Positions 9,101 to 16,916 of a DNA stretch of 64,000 nucleotides are shown one piece after another. The stretch comes from Salinispira sp. Lineage in GTDB: Bacteria > Spirochaetota > Spirochaetia > DSM-27196 > Salinispiraceae. Both the position numbers and the translations under genes were made by a program. The notes beneath the pieces were generated by a model. The model was given only the letters and a program-made list of their open reading frames with translations. It was not told the DNA's origin and ran no database searches. Each line of letters begins with the position of its first letter. Within the stretch, counting starts at the first letter, position 1. The stretch covers positions 3,744,001 through 3,808,000 of the forward strand of contig OZ271918.1 in assembly GCA_965602015.1 (NCBI GenBank), written 5' to 3'.

Positions 9101-11581
9101 CGTCTGTTCTATTCCGAAGACGTGGCATTCGGGGACAGCGACGGCGAAGCCGGAGCGGCGGCGGCCGCAGCGGGCTTCAGTTACGATGACGCCCAGCCGG
9201 CGGCGGTCTATACCGACGCCGAACTGACGCTGGCAGCCGACGGCGAGCTCGGCGGGGAAATCCGGCACCTAAGCGACGGCGGGGCAGCGGTGGCCGAAGC
9301 GGTGGAAGTCAGCGGCTACTTCCGTTACAGCAATTCCCAATATTCCGCCCAGTCCGACTTCCACATGATAAAGGGCTCCCGGGACGGCTCTCCGGTGACC
9401 GATACCCTGAGAAAGAATGCGACGAATCAACTGGAGATCTTCCTGGCAGCCCGCTTCGACGCTTCAACCGCCGGACGGGAACACTGGCCCGGATGGTTTT
9501 TCAACGCGCTGGACCCCTACGGAACCGATGACGACGCCATCGAGGTATTGCGCAACAATTTTATCAGCGACCGCAGCGCCAACGCCATTGATTACCTGGA
9601 CAGCACGTTCAGCATCAGCACTGCCGACAATAACTACGGACCGGGAGTAATGGATTTCACAGCGGACCCCGCGGCTACGTTTGACTTCTGGGACGTGGCG
9701 GCTCCGGGAGTCAGCAGCTTCTTTGTCCAGAGCGCGCCTTTTATCCGAGGGGATTTTACCCCGCCTGCAAGCGACTGGTCGCAGAATCACATTCCTACGA
9801 CCCATGAAATAATCATCGGCGATCAGGACTCGGACCAGCAGATGGATCGGCTTGAGCTGTTTATCCAGGACAATTTCTACGCAAAACCCTGGGACTTCGT
9901 CAGCAGCGAAGACAACAGTTTCGCCGACGGTACCTGGAATCCCAATACCGAACACCCCGACACCCGGACCATTGCCGACACCGGCGCGGCAGCCGCTGCA
10001 GTCCCCAGAGGGGTACGGGACAATTCCTTTGGATATTCCGGGACCGGTGCCGAACTGGAGGGTTTCCGTATCGGCGTCATCGGAGCCTCCCATTCCGACG
10101 CCCGGGCGGTGGCGGATTTTACTACCCAGTCATTCGATACCCAGATTCAGAATGCCCTGTTTAACCGAATCATTCCGAATATTATCTCGGTGAGAAGCGA
10201 CCCCTACTTTTCCCTGAACTTTGAGGAATCGGACTTCTCGTGGAACACCGAGGTGGAACTGTACATGACCTACAATGCCTCCCGAGGCTGGGTGACGGAC
10301 CTGGCGGGAAACCTCATGCCTTCCTCGGGTTTTACCCCGTCGGGCGCCGGCGATCCCTTTGAGAACCTGCTTACGCCGGCCCGATACAGCCAGAATCCCT
10401 TCGAGGATAATCTGGGAGAGTCGGGGAAACTTATCGCCATTGAGCGTACGCCCCCGGAAATTCTTTTGACCCTGGGAGCCGTAGGCGGACGGCGCATATT
10501 TCTTCAGTTCACCGAGCCGGTTTTTGGCAGTCCGGCCCTCGACGAGCAAATCGCCGCCAACGATTTCCTCTTCGAGGACGGCAGCAATTCGGTGGTCGGC
10601 ATCGAGTTCGTCGATACCAACACCGACATCGGAAGCGTTCCCGGGGTTGAGAGTCTGTATCTGATACTCAGTAATCCCCTGACCCCCGATATGATCATGA
10701 AAACCAGCATCATAGAGGCTGCGGCCAACGGAGAAATCTGGGACAAGGCCCAAAACTCATACCGGGACGCCGACAGGAAGCCTGTAAGCGATGTGGGCAT
10801 CGGTATAATCGAGCCGGTGTTCGCCACTGACGGAATCCAGCAGGACGACAGCAGGGGCGGCGGTTTTACATCACTCCGGGAATTCGACGGCGAGGGCTTC
10901 CTGGACGATTTGGATATTACACTCTCGGCCTCCTTCGTAGAGGATTTCCCCGCGGATCTCATCGATCTGCCGGTGAACCTGCTCTACGATTTTTCCGTGG
11001 CCGACTCATTTCTGAGCCTGCTTCCCGGCGGAGGCCGCGGCGAGTTCTGGTCGCCTGTGCTGGTACCCGCTCTGGTTACCGCGCCCAACACTTCCGCGCG
11101 GCGGGCCTCCTCCCTGGGAGTTGACGGGGCAATTCGGGACTACCGGATTAATGCCGGCGACCCGGAGATGCAGCGCGGCGAGCTGTTGGAGTTTATTTTT
11201 GAGGTCGGCAACCTGCCGGCGGCCACTGTTGACGACCCCGACGACCCGCTGTCCCTCCGGCCCTGGCGTATCGCCATCGGTGGCATAGTCGAGCAGAGGG
11301 GCGGGGCGACCATTTTGAACAACGTGATCAATCCGGACAACGGCGATCAGACCGTGCTGAATTACCGTATTGACCGCCCCGGCATGGTTGTAATAAACGT
11401 GTTCACCCTGGACGGCGATCTTGTGAGAATTCTCCAACGCGGTCGTCAAGGCGAAGGCCTCTACAACATCGCCTGGGACGGCACCAATAATTCGGGAGAC
11501 ATCGTAGCCCGGGGATTCTATTTCATCCGCATTGTTGCCCCGGGAGTCGATGAAGTCAGAAAGGTATTAGTCGTGAGATAG
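3386..11581 (+). CDS. Giant surface protein, downstream segment, with C-terminal FlgD Ig-like / sorting-tail-like domain
   Basis: 2731-aa ORF continuing the same repeats; acidic unique region; C-terminus ILNNVINP...VFTLDGDLVRIL...WDGTNNSGDIVARGFYFIRI...RKVLVVR is typical of FlgD_ig-type tails. Confidence 0.85.
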   Translation: MNLIADTAAGQSVTDADNNSLVTGEVVTITARDSIGAAAGLDINTSAVSIDASSTEFADAGDIWINESDAVTLSDIDTVAGDITIAAGGAVIATNVAATGGLVNIAGGGQVDAVLVTTTPDNDANDISISTTNGNINVTTVTAGTGAASDVTLTANTAAGQSVVDANGAAANITAEVLTITAQGSIGAAGAGNDLDTAAVSMAISSSNAGGIWINETDAVTLIDIDTANGLIAITAGAAIDAIDVTSLTDNDANDITLTAAAGNIEVDVINAGLAAGDVNLIADTAAGQSVTDADNNSLVTAEVVTITARDSIGAAAGLDINTSAVSIDASSTELADAGDIWINESDAVTLSDIDTVAGDITIAAGGAVIATNVAATGGLVNIAGGGQVDAVLVTTTPDNDANDISISTTNGNINVTTVTAGTGAASDVTLTANTAAGQSVVDANGAAANITAEVLTITAQGSIGAAGAGNDLDTAAVSMDISSSNAGSIWINETDAVTLSDIDTANGLIAITAGAAIDAIDVTSLTDNDANDITLTASAGNIEVDVINAGLAAGDVNLIADTAAGQSVTDADNNSLVTGEVVTITARDSIGAAAGLDINTSAVSIDASSTEFADAGDIWINESDAVTLSDIDTVAGDITIAAGGAVIATNVAATGGLVNIAGGGQVDAVLVTTTPDNDANDISISTTNGNINVTTVTAGTGAASDVTLTANTAAGQSVVDANGAAANITAEVLTITAQGSIGAAGAGNDLDTAAVSMDISSSNAGDIWINETDAVTLTTIDTVAGDITITAGGAVNAANVAATGGLVNIAAAGLLEAVSVTTTPDNDANDIILSTTIGNIEVTTVTAGLGSASDVTLTANTAAGQSVVDANGAAANISADVLTIDVQGNIAAATADDDLDINANALDVASTNAGGIWINETNDLTVTGADTASGDVVLNVGASVTLDMSAADTMTVSGGDVTVNAELEILASGIPNGNSHIFTDGSVNLNTNGTTGQAIGEGPANAFPYSLPYRPIVFEDTLNELNISGRLTNGAFIMGNPGELALGTVNITGAISFDIYNGGTIYLTRDLTTNGAGISFVQPVRLRPTVGNQINIATSGGAVTFTGTLDDDDVAGPGTNILAINTTAGGLTFTGAVGSNDAPLGLDLTAGAVSIDGGMNLDANGLDVTHSGILDIADITNAADTATFDVISAGDVTSTGTGTATIAGDIRLTAGNLTFNRPVTLTGGVALESAGNLTVNNTLDGAQDLILDVAGAAQFNAAVGTGTPIGDGTGAALTVNSAGTTEFVSTLETAEGLNQDNAAGEITFRENVDINAGGTATAFNADLTLDGMTLTSAGAVSFGNAPGDILTLSTAAVAVDTSANNSTVTFAGDVLGNGINLTVDTGQSGGGTVNVLADLGQAGSRIGTLEIISDLINLGGSGIYSTGDQVYDTEPGDSGTPVADTEGTGTTLEFAANGAIDAGGSDIYFDDLYIDMTGITVTPANVGTIYTDRFTFFNGSLDLAAATPTIRTSDDFVVLGYALSNAIDDPERGPAVNEWEYPEMADFGAFDPGLPYTASFAGGPGLNGITLIVDSDGSAGPAGDDAGDFYVNGTDLAATANWTLTLPDNSASQPLTFGPWGRPYAVVLNSAVSRSQLGAGVTAVINAGGETAAGISTDGGNNTNYDFAAVYTQPSIANGYAAVATPAAGSGYYGWDFTQTDVESAAIVKDDLLRVTFNKPLINVNGELNSAVAGGLFVADPADDAVAFLQAFLDGDAAAGDSPVVDPVQDIAGRSDYMLKTIYLRLPAASNSSWRTDATGSAAPGAQNGGLGWASSTDSLGRRDLPAAATDFGDLIPDLRFIKGGVYGSGGGDYVIADEANSDDIFNLALDEAGPVLWRIEVGRADHAADTLVPADTADAHNYFRLFYSEDVAFGDSDGEAGAAAAAAGFSYDDAQPAAVYTDAELTLAADGELGGEIRHLSDGGAAVAEAVEVSGYFRYSNSQYSAQSDFHMIKGSRDGSPVTDTLRKNATNQLEIFLAARFDASTAGREHWPGWFFNALDPYGTDDDAIEVLRNNFISDRSANAIDYLDSTFSISTADNNYGPGVMDFTADPAATFDFWDVAAPGVSSFFVQSAPFIRGDFTPPASDWSQNHIPTTHEIIIGDQDSDQQMDRLELFIQDNFYAKPWDFVSSEDNSFADGTWNPNTEHPDTRTIADTGAAAAAVPRGVRDNSFGYSGTGAELEGFRIGVIGASHSDARAVADFTTQSFDTQIQNALFNRIIPNIISVRSDPYFSLNFEESDFSWNTEVELYMTYNASRGWVTDLAGNLMPSSGFTPSGAGDPFENLLTPARYSQNPFEDNLGESGKLIAIERTPPEILLTLGAVGGRRIFLQFTEPVFGSPALDEQIAANDFLFEDGSNSVVGIEFVDTNTDIGSVPGVESLYLILSNPLTPDMIMKTSIIEAAANGEIWDKAQNSYRDADRKPVSDVGIGIIEPVFATDGIQQDDSRGGGFTSLREFDGEGFLDDLDITLSASFVEDFPADLIDLPVNLLYDFSVADSFLSLLPGGGRGEFWSPVLVPALVTAPNTSARRASSLGVDGAIRDYRINAGDPEMQRGELLEFIFEVGNLPAATVDDPDDPLSLRPWRIAIGGIVEQRGGATILNNVINPDNGDQTVLNYRIDRPGMVVINVFTLDGDLVRILQRGRQGEGLYNIAWDGTNNSGDIVARGFYFIRIVAPGVDEVRKVLVVR

Positions 11582-11593
11582 CCCGCCGGATTT

Positions 11594-12949
11594 CTACTGG
11601 TCTTCGATATCCGGCGTGTAGGTCAGTGAAGGACTGGCCACAAGAATGCTGCCGGCGTCCAGAAGGTAAACGCTGTCTCCCTGGCTCGGGGAGTAGGGGC
11701 CTGTTCCAAGGGCCGAAGCGCTAATCGACAGTTCAATGACCGCTTCCCGGGGGTCCGCCGGCATGGTTGAAAGCAGGTTCGGCGCGTCGATGGTTATTTC
11801 CGTCCATCCGCCGGATGCATCGGTTGTGGAAAAATTGGCGCTGTAGCTGCGGTTGGCCAGGCTGTCGCTTTGTATATTGCGGATGCCGATGTTTACCGCC
11901 TCTGAGGCGAACCGGTTCGCCGTTGCGGCTGCCGACGGGTCCTGGAGAATAAACAGGGAAAAGGTATAGGTTCCTCCACCGGCCAGGTCCGGCCGGCCCT
12001 CGGCGGCGAAGGGAATAAGCAGCTTAACCGAGTAGTCGGCTTCCGCGGCCAGGAACCGGATATTATCCAGTTCAGCAATAAAGCGCTGGGTTCCCAGCGT
12101 ATCTCCAAGGTAAAGCCTGCGGTATGCAGCATCGGCCTGCATGAAGTTCCCTTTTTCTTCGGGTAAATCTCCGGGAAAAAACACCGCCTGATTGTCTCTG
12201 ATGCCCGGGAGGTCGAAGGCGTAGGGAGCCGGGTTGGCGTCTGCAGTTCCCCCTCCGGCAAAGCCGATGGCGTCGCCGTCGTCGAATTGAAAGACCAGGG
12301 GGTTTTCGCTTCGGAACAGGAAATCCATATGGAAAACATAGCTGTTAACCAGGGGATCTGCCCACGAGCTGACATTAGCCGAGAGGTCGACGAAAACCCG
12401 CTCCAATTCGGTGTCGCCGTCTGTGTCATCCAGATCGACGAAATTTAGCCGCAGGTCACCGCCGCCGGCGTCCAGTATGGAATAGTTTGCGTTGTCGTCG
12501 TCATAGCTGTCGAACCATGAGGCGGCATTTGGTCCGATATTGGCGTCGTCGCTGCCCAAAAACCCCGTGCTTGACTGCTGGAAATCCCCGTTGGCGAACT
12601 GATTCTTCACTTCCAAACGGTAGATTGCCGGCGCTCCTCCCCCGGGACCCTCCGGCAGCTCCGTATACCCGGCGGCTGCCTGGGCGCTGATAAGGTCGGG
12701 GCCGCTGAGGGGTTCAAAAGTGACGAAGTTATTACCCGCTGTCTCAGTGGTTTGATTCGTATTGTCCCAAGAATAGGAAGCGAACCAGCCGCTGTCGGAA
12801 TCGGCTCCCGAACCGAACGGGAAATCCCCGATGAGATTGAGACCTTCATATTCAGCAAAACGGTTTACCGGGTCGCATGACAGCAGGGCTGCCGAGGCAA
12901 GGAGGATAAGGCATGCGTACAGTAATACCGCGGCGGGTTTTTTCATCAT
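11594..12949 (-). CDS. Hypothetical lipoprotein (acidic, beta-rich)
   Basis: MMKK + hydrophobic stretch + LLSC lipobox; start moved from 13000 to ATG 12949. Confidence 0.75.
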   Translation of the reverse strand: MMKKPAAVLLYACLILLASAALLSCDPVNRFAEYEGLNLIGDFPFGSGADSDSGWFASYSWDNTNQTTETAGNNFVTFEPLSGPDLISAQAAAGYTELPEGPGGGAPAIYRLEVKNQFANGDFQQSSTGFLGSDDANIGPNAASWFDSYDDDNANYSILDAGGGDLRLNFVDLDDTDGDTELERVFVDLSANVSSWADPLVNSYVFHMDFLFRSENPLVFQFDDGDAIGFAGGGTADANPAPYAFDLPGIRDNQAVFFPGDLPEEKGNFMQADAAYRRLYLGDTLGTQRFIAELDNIRFLAAEADYSVKLLIPFAAEGRPDLAGGGTYTFSLFILQDPSAAATANRFASEAVNIGIRNIQSDSLANRSYSANFSTTDASGGWTEITIDAPNLLSTMPADPREAVIELSISASALGTGPYSPSQGDSVYLLDAGSILVASPSLTYTPDIEDQ

Positions 12950-12983
12950 ACTAAAGTATATATCATTTAACGGAATGGATTTC

Positions 12984-13078
12984 AAAAAAAGAGGCCGCAT
13001 CCTTCAGCCCTTCAAGGAGGATAAATGAACCGAAACGGTGAAATCCTAAGAATCAGTTCTGCTGAAGTATGCGACCCC
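12984..13078 (-). other. Long branched stem-loop followed by T7 (bcp terminator or structured RNA)
   Basis: 12993-13008 pairs with 13061-13076 (one mismatch and one G-U on the minus strand); A7 at 12984-12990. Confidence 0.5.
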
Positions 13079-13134
13079 GGGCCATGAGCGGAAGGTAACC
13101 ATCCCACCGCCTGCCGGCGCTGTGTAGCGCTTAC

Positions 13135-13602
13135 TTAAATATAATTCAAAACTTCTTCGCCGTGGGAATCAGTCTTTACTTTTTTAAAGACTTTTTGTAT
13201 AATCCCGACCTCATCAATGACAAAGGTATAGCGAAACGCTCCTTCGGTCACCTTTCCGTACATGTTCTTTTCCCCGTATGCTCCGAAGGCCTTGTGAATG
13301 GTCAGATCCTTATCAACCAGCAGATCAAAGGGGAGGGAGAATTTCTCAATGAAGTTCTGGTGGCTTTTTTCACCGTCCCGGCTGACCCCAAGGACTACTG
13401 CGCCGCGGCTTTGAATTTCACCGTAGTTGTCCCTGAGTGAGCAGGCTTCTTTTGTGCAACCCGGGGTATTGTCTTTCGGATAAAAGTACAGCACCACTTT
13501 TTTTCCTTTCAGATCAGACAGGCTGACGGTTTCTCCCCGCTGATTTGTTCCGCTAAATTCCGGGGCTTTTTGACCGGCCTCGGGTACAGGAAGTTTTTCC
13601 AT
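13135..13602 (-). CDS. bcp: Thioredoxin-dependent thiol peroxidase (BCP/PrxQ)
   Basis: VVLYFYPKDNTPGCTKEAC motif (PxxxTxxC with resolving C). Confidence 0.95.
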   Translation of the reverse strand: MEKLPVPEAGQKAPEFSGTNQRGETVSLSDLKGKKVVLYFYPKDNTPGCTKEACSLRDNYGEIQSRGAVVLGVSRDGEKSHQNFIEKFSLPFDLLVDKDLTIHKAFGAYGEKNMYGKVTEGAFRYTFVIDEVGIIQKVFKKVKTDSHGEEVLNYI

Positions 13603-13770
13603 GATTTTCTCCTAGAGATTATGTGACAGCGTGAAATATACTGAGGCCCGGGCGCAGGGCATAGGGAATTTCCCGCAAAAACACCGCGCCGGCTGCGGCG
13701 CGGTTTCGGCGCGGTGAGGGAATGTTGATTACATGCTGCGGCGGGGTCTTGGCGCCCGGCCGCGGAGGCG

Positions 13771-14095
13771 CGCGGAGGCCGGACCTTAGCGTTGCCCCGC
13801 ACAGGCCGCGCAGTAGAGGAACCGCGCGTGGCCCAGACCTTAGGGTTGCCCTGCACAGGCGTGGCCGTAGCGGAACCGCGCGGTGGTCCGGACCTTAGGG
13901 TTGCCGCGCACAGGCCGGGCAGTAGCGGTGCCGCGCAGTGGCGTGGCAGTAGCGGAACCGCGCGTGGCCCAGACCTTAGGGTTGCCCCGCACATGCCGGG
14001 CAGTAGCGGAACCGCGCGGTGGCATGGCTGTAGCGGTGCCGCGCGGAGGCCCGGCCAAAGCGGAACCGCGCGTGGCCCAGACCTCAGCGCCGGGG
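13771..14095. repeat. Intergenic GC-rich minisatellite, 12 units of 27 bp (one of 28 bp)
   Basis: Units such as cgcgtggcccagaccttagggttgccc and cgcacaggccgggcagtagcggtgccg in register from 13771 to 14095. Confidence 0.9.
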
Positions 14096-14111
14096 CAGAG
14101 AGGCCGGCGGG

Positions 14112-15158
14112 CTACTTGAAGAGATTGCTGAAAAACTCCTCGGCCTGTTTTGCGGCTTTTTCTACCCCTTCCTGGAGGTTTTCCCCGAGATTGTTGAGGG
14201 TTTTCGCCAGCGGATCCTGACTGCGCTTTAGGTCGTCCTTGTACTGCCGGTATGCCTGCTCAAAGTCTCCCTTGAAATTGTAGCCCTCATCGGAGTCCCG
14301 GCGCAGATAATTGTCCGCGAGAATTTCGGCGTATTTTCCGTCGTCAACCCAGTTCTTTAGCTCCTTTACCCGCAAGACGGGAAACGGATGGGTCTGGCCC
14401 AGGAGATTGAGCAGCTTGTAGACTCCGTCAATCAGGTTCCCGTGAGATTCGTACTCATCGGCCTGGGTCATAAAGTCGTCGATGTTCATCTGCTCGCTTT
14501 CCACTCCTCCGGCGAATTTCATCAGCTTTCCGTACTGCACTTCGGGTTTTTGAAGAACCAGCAGCGCCGCCCGGTCGCAGCTCAGTTCGCTTTTCCGGCT
14601 CCATTCCAGGAGGGCGATGCTGACAGCGAGCAGTACAGCCCGGCTGAAGGGAAGCATTTGAAGTATGCCGGCGCCGGCGGTCAAAAGGAGCTGGCGCAGG
14701 ATGTATTCCATGGTCTTGTACAGCGAATGGCCGCTGAGGATGTGCCCCATTTCATGGGCTATTACCCCCAGAAGCTCGTCCTCGCTGAAATGACGGGCCA
14801 GATCGCTATTGATAACGATAAAGGGCTTATCAACTCCCACCGCAAAGGCGTTGAGAACCGGGGCATTGGTGACAAAAATATCGGGCACGTAATCGCTGTC
14901 CAGAATGCGGGTGGCCTCTCCGAGCATGGCGTGCACCTTCGGATACTGGGTTTCGCTGCAGCGCACGGCGCCCCCCATAAAATACAGCCACAGGCGCTTT
15001 TCCCCCGCCAAACCGATGATGAACTTGATCACCTGGTCAAAACCCGGCACTGCCCGCAGGGCATTCAATGCGGCCCGGTCCGCAGGATGTTCCCAAGCCT
15101 TGGGTGAAATGCCCGTCAGAATTCTGCGTTCTCCGTCGATTATCTTTTTTTCAGCCAT
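14112..15158 (-). CDS. M48 family Zn-dependent metallopeptidase
   Basis: HEMGH zinc motif; WSRKSELSCDR and THP motifs; WEHPAD N-terminus; GGAGAGG SD before ATG 15158. Confidence 0.9.
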   Translation of the reverse strand: MAEKKIIDGERRILTGISPKAWEHPADRAALNALRAVPGFDQVIKFIIGLAGEKRLWLYFMGGAVRCSETQYPKVHAMLGEATRILDSDYVPDIFVTNAPVLNAFAVGVDKPFIVINSDLARHFSEDELLGVIAHEMGHILSGHSLYKTMEYILRQLLLTAGAGILQMLPFSRAVLLAVSIALLEWSRKSELSCDRAALLVLQKPEVQYGKLMKFAGGVESEQMNIDDFMTQADEYESHGNLIDGVYKLLNLLGQTHPFPVLRVKELKNWVDDGKYAEILADNYLRRDSDEGYNFKGDFEQAYRQYKDDLKRSQDPLAKTLNNLGENLQEGVEKAAKQAEEFFSNLFK

Positions 15159-15195
15159 GTATCCTCTCCGTCCCATGTGATGTACAATTCGCCCC

Positions 15196-16122
15196 GTGGC
15201 AAAGACCGGGGCCGTATCAGTAATTATACCCTTCTATAATCGGGTCAACTACCTCGAAGACGCGCTGCGTTCGGTTTTTTTCCAGACCGGGGGAGATATC
15301 CAGCTTATCCTGGCGGACGACGGCTCGAACGACGGTTCCCTGGAACGGGCCCTCGACTGCTGGAAGCGGCTGTCCGCCGAGCATCCATCTCCCGGCGGCG
15401 AGCGCGAGTTGGCATCCTGCACCCTGGAACACAGCGGCATGCCCGGCCTCGTGAGAAACCGCGCCGCCGGTATGGCCGGCGCAGATTTGCTGGCCTTCCT
15501 CGATTCCGACGACTATTGGCTTCCGGAAAAACTTGCCCTCCAGCTGCCCCTTCACCGGCGAACAGCCGGGAGGGCTCCCTTTTTGATATCCCATACCAGG
15601 GAGCAGTGGCTCCGAATGACCGGTGACGGGTCGTTTCGGGAAATCAGTCAGAAGAGTCAGCGCCATCAACGGCGGGGAGACCTGTTCTCCGACTCCCTGT
15701 GGAAGTGCATAATCGGGCCGAGCACCACAGTGATTGACCGGGAATTCTTCCTTAGCCTGGGGGGATTTCGGGAGGATATAAACGTGGCGGAGGACTACGA
15801 ATTCTGGCTGCGGGTAACCGCCGGGGTTCAGGTAGGTTATATTGATACCCCCTGCACGGTAAAACGCGCGGGAATGGCCGGTCAGGATCAACTGTCCGAG
15901 CGCTACGGCCAGATTGAAGGTTTTCGCATCAAGGCTCTCAAGGAGCTGCTGGACCAGTTTGAAGCCCACTTTACCGCCGCCCAGAGACGGGAAGCTCTCA
16001 CGGTTCTGGGGAGAAAGGCGGAAATCTATGCCCAGGGTGCGAAAAAACGCGGGCGGATGGCCGAGTATGAGGACATGATTGCGTTGGCCCGCCGCTGCAC
16101 CCAGCGCAGTACAGAACAATGA
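15196..16122 (+). CDS. Glycosyltransferase family 2
   Basis: VSVIIPFYNR, DDGSND, RN..., AFLDSDD, EDYEFWLR motifs. Confidence 0.92.
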   Translation: MAKTGAVSVIIPFYNRVNYLEDALRSVFFQTGGDIQLILADDGSNDGSLERALDCWKRLSAEHPSPGGERELASCTLEHSGMPGLVRNRAAGMAGADLLAFLDSDDYWLPEKLALQLPLHRRTAGRAPFLISHTREQWLRMTGDGSFREISQKSQRHQRRGDLFSDSLWKCIIGPSTTVIDREFFLSLGGFREDINVAEDYEFWLRVTAGVQVGYIDTPCTVKRAGMAGQDQLSERYGQIEGFRIKALKELLDQFEAHFTAAQRREALTVLGRKAEIYAQGAKKRGRMAEYEDMIALARRCTQRSTEQ

Positions 16123-16135
16123 GGAAAACAGCGTG

Positions 16136-16912
16136 ATGAATCACAATCAAAGCCCTGCCCGCCGACTTTTCGCAGCAGTATCTGCCCTGATAGTAGTCCT
16201 GACCGCATCGTGCAGCGCAACGGCAACCATCGACCTTTTATCTGAACCCTCTGGTACGGCACTTTTGTCCGTGGAAGTTTCCCCTGTCCTCGATGAGTAC
16301 TATCGGGACATCAGCGGGGATTACCAGAGCCCTTCAATTATTGCCGAGGATGCTGTCCGGGAGGGAATGGCCGGCCGCAGCTCGTTCCGTCTGGTATCAT
16401 TTGCCCTCCCCGAACCGCGCAGAGCGGTCATGGCATTGAGCTTCCCTGACATCGCAGGGATTCTGGAAGATGATGAAGGCGCCGCAGAACTCGATTTTAT
16501 TGCTGTGGAACCCGTAGCAGGCGGGGGAAGCCGTTTGTCGATTACCCTTAATGAAGAGAGCGTGCCGGCAATCCTCGGTCTGGGACCGGTGAGTTCAAAC
16601 GTTCTCAGTTCCTACCTGCTCCCGCTGCCCGGCAGCAGCCCGGACCCCCGGCAGTACCGGGAGGATCTGGCATGGGCTCTCGGCGATTATCTCGATGAGG
16701 CTGCGGTGGAAAGTCTGCTCGATACATCTGATCTCATCCTGCGCATCCTGCTGCCCCGGGAACCCCGGGCTGTGGAGGGCGGAGATATCATGAGCGCCGG
16801 AGAAAAACGCCGGGCAGGCCTGCCCGAAAGCCGTCACGCGGTCCAGTTTAAGGTCAATATTATCGAACTCATAACATTATCTGCACCGGAGCAGTTGGCT
16901 GTAATATACTGA
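16136..16912 (+). CDS. Hypothetical lipoprotein
   Basis: Signal peptide ending LTASC; GAGGA upstream; operon-like spacing. Confidence 0.7.
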   Translation: MNHNQSPARRLFAAVSALIVVLTASCSATATIDLLSEPSGTALLSVEVSPVLDEYYRDISGDYQSPSIIAEDAVREGMAGRSSFRLVSFALPEPRRAVMALSFPDIAGILEDDEGAAELDFIAVEPVAGGGSRLSITLNEESVPAILGLGPVSSNVLSSYLLPLPGSSPDPRQYREDLAWALGDYLDEAAVESLLDTSDLILRILLPREPRAVEGGDIMSAGEKRRAGLPESRHAVQFKVNIIELITLSAPEQLAVIY

Positions 16913-16916
16913 TTCT

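Noticed and set aside
233..11449. Many minus-strand ORFs inside the giant gene
   Set aside because: Antisense shadows of biased, repetitive coding sequence.
13020..13120. Cobalamin or lysine riboswitch
   Set aside because: Only scattered word matches; the core GGGAA/GCCACUG or AGUA/GCCGAA elements are missing, and no plus-strand gene lies downstream.
13771..14095. CRISPR array
   Set aside because: No constant repeat with unique spacers: all units are related to each other, and no cas genes are present.
13509..14220. ORFs spanning the minisatellite
   Set aside because: Open on both strands because of GC-rich repeats; they overlap real genes, and the 28-bp unit shifts the peptide repeat frame.
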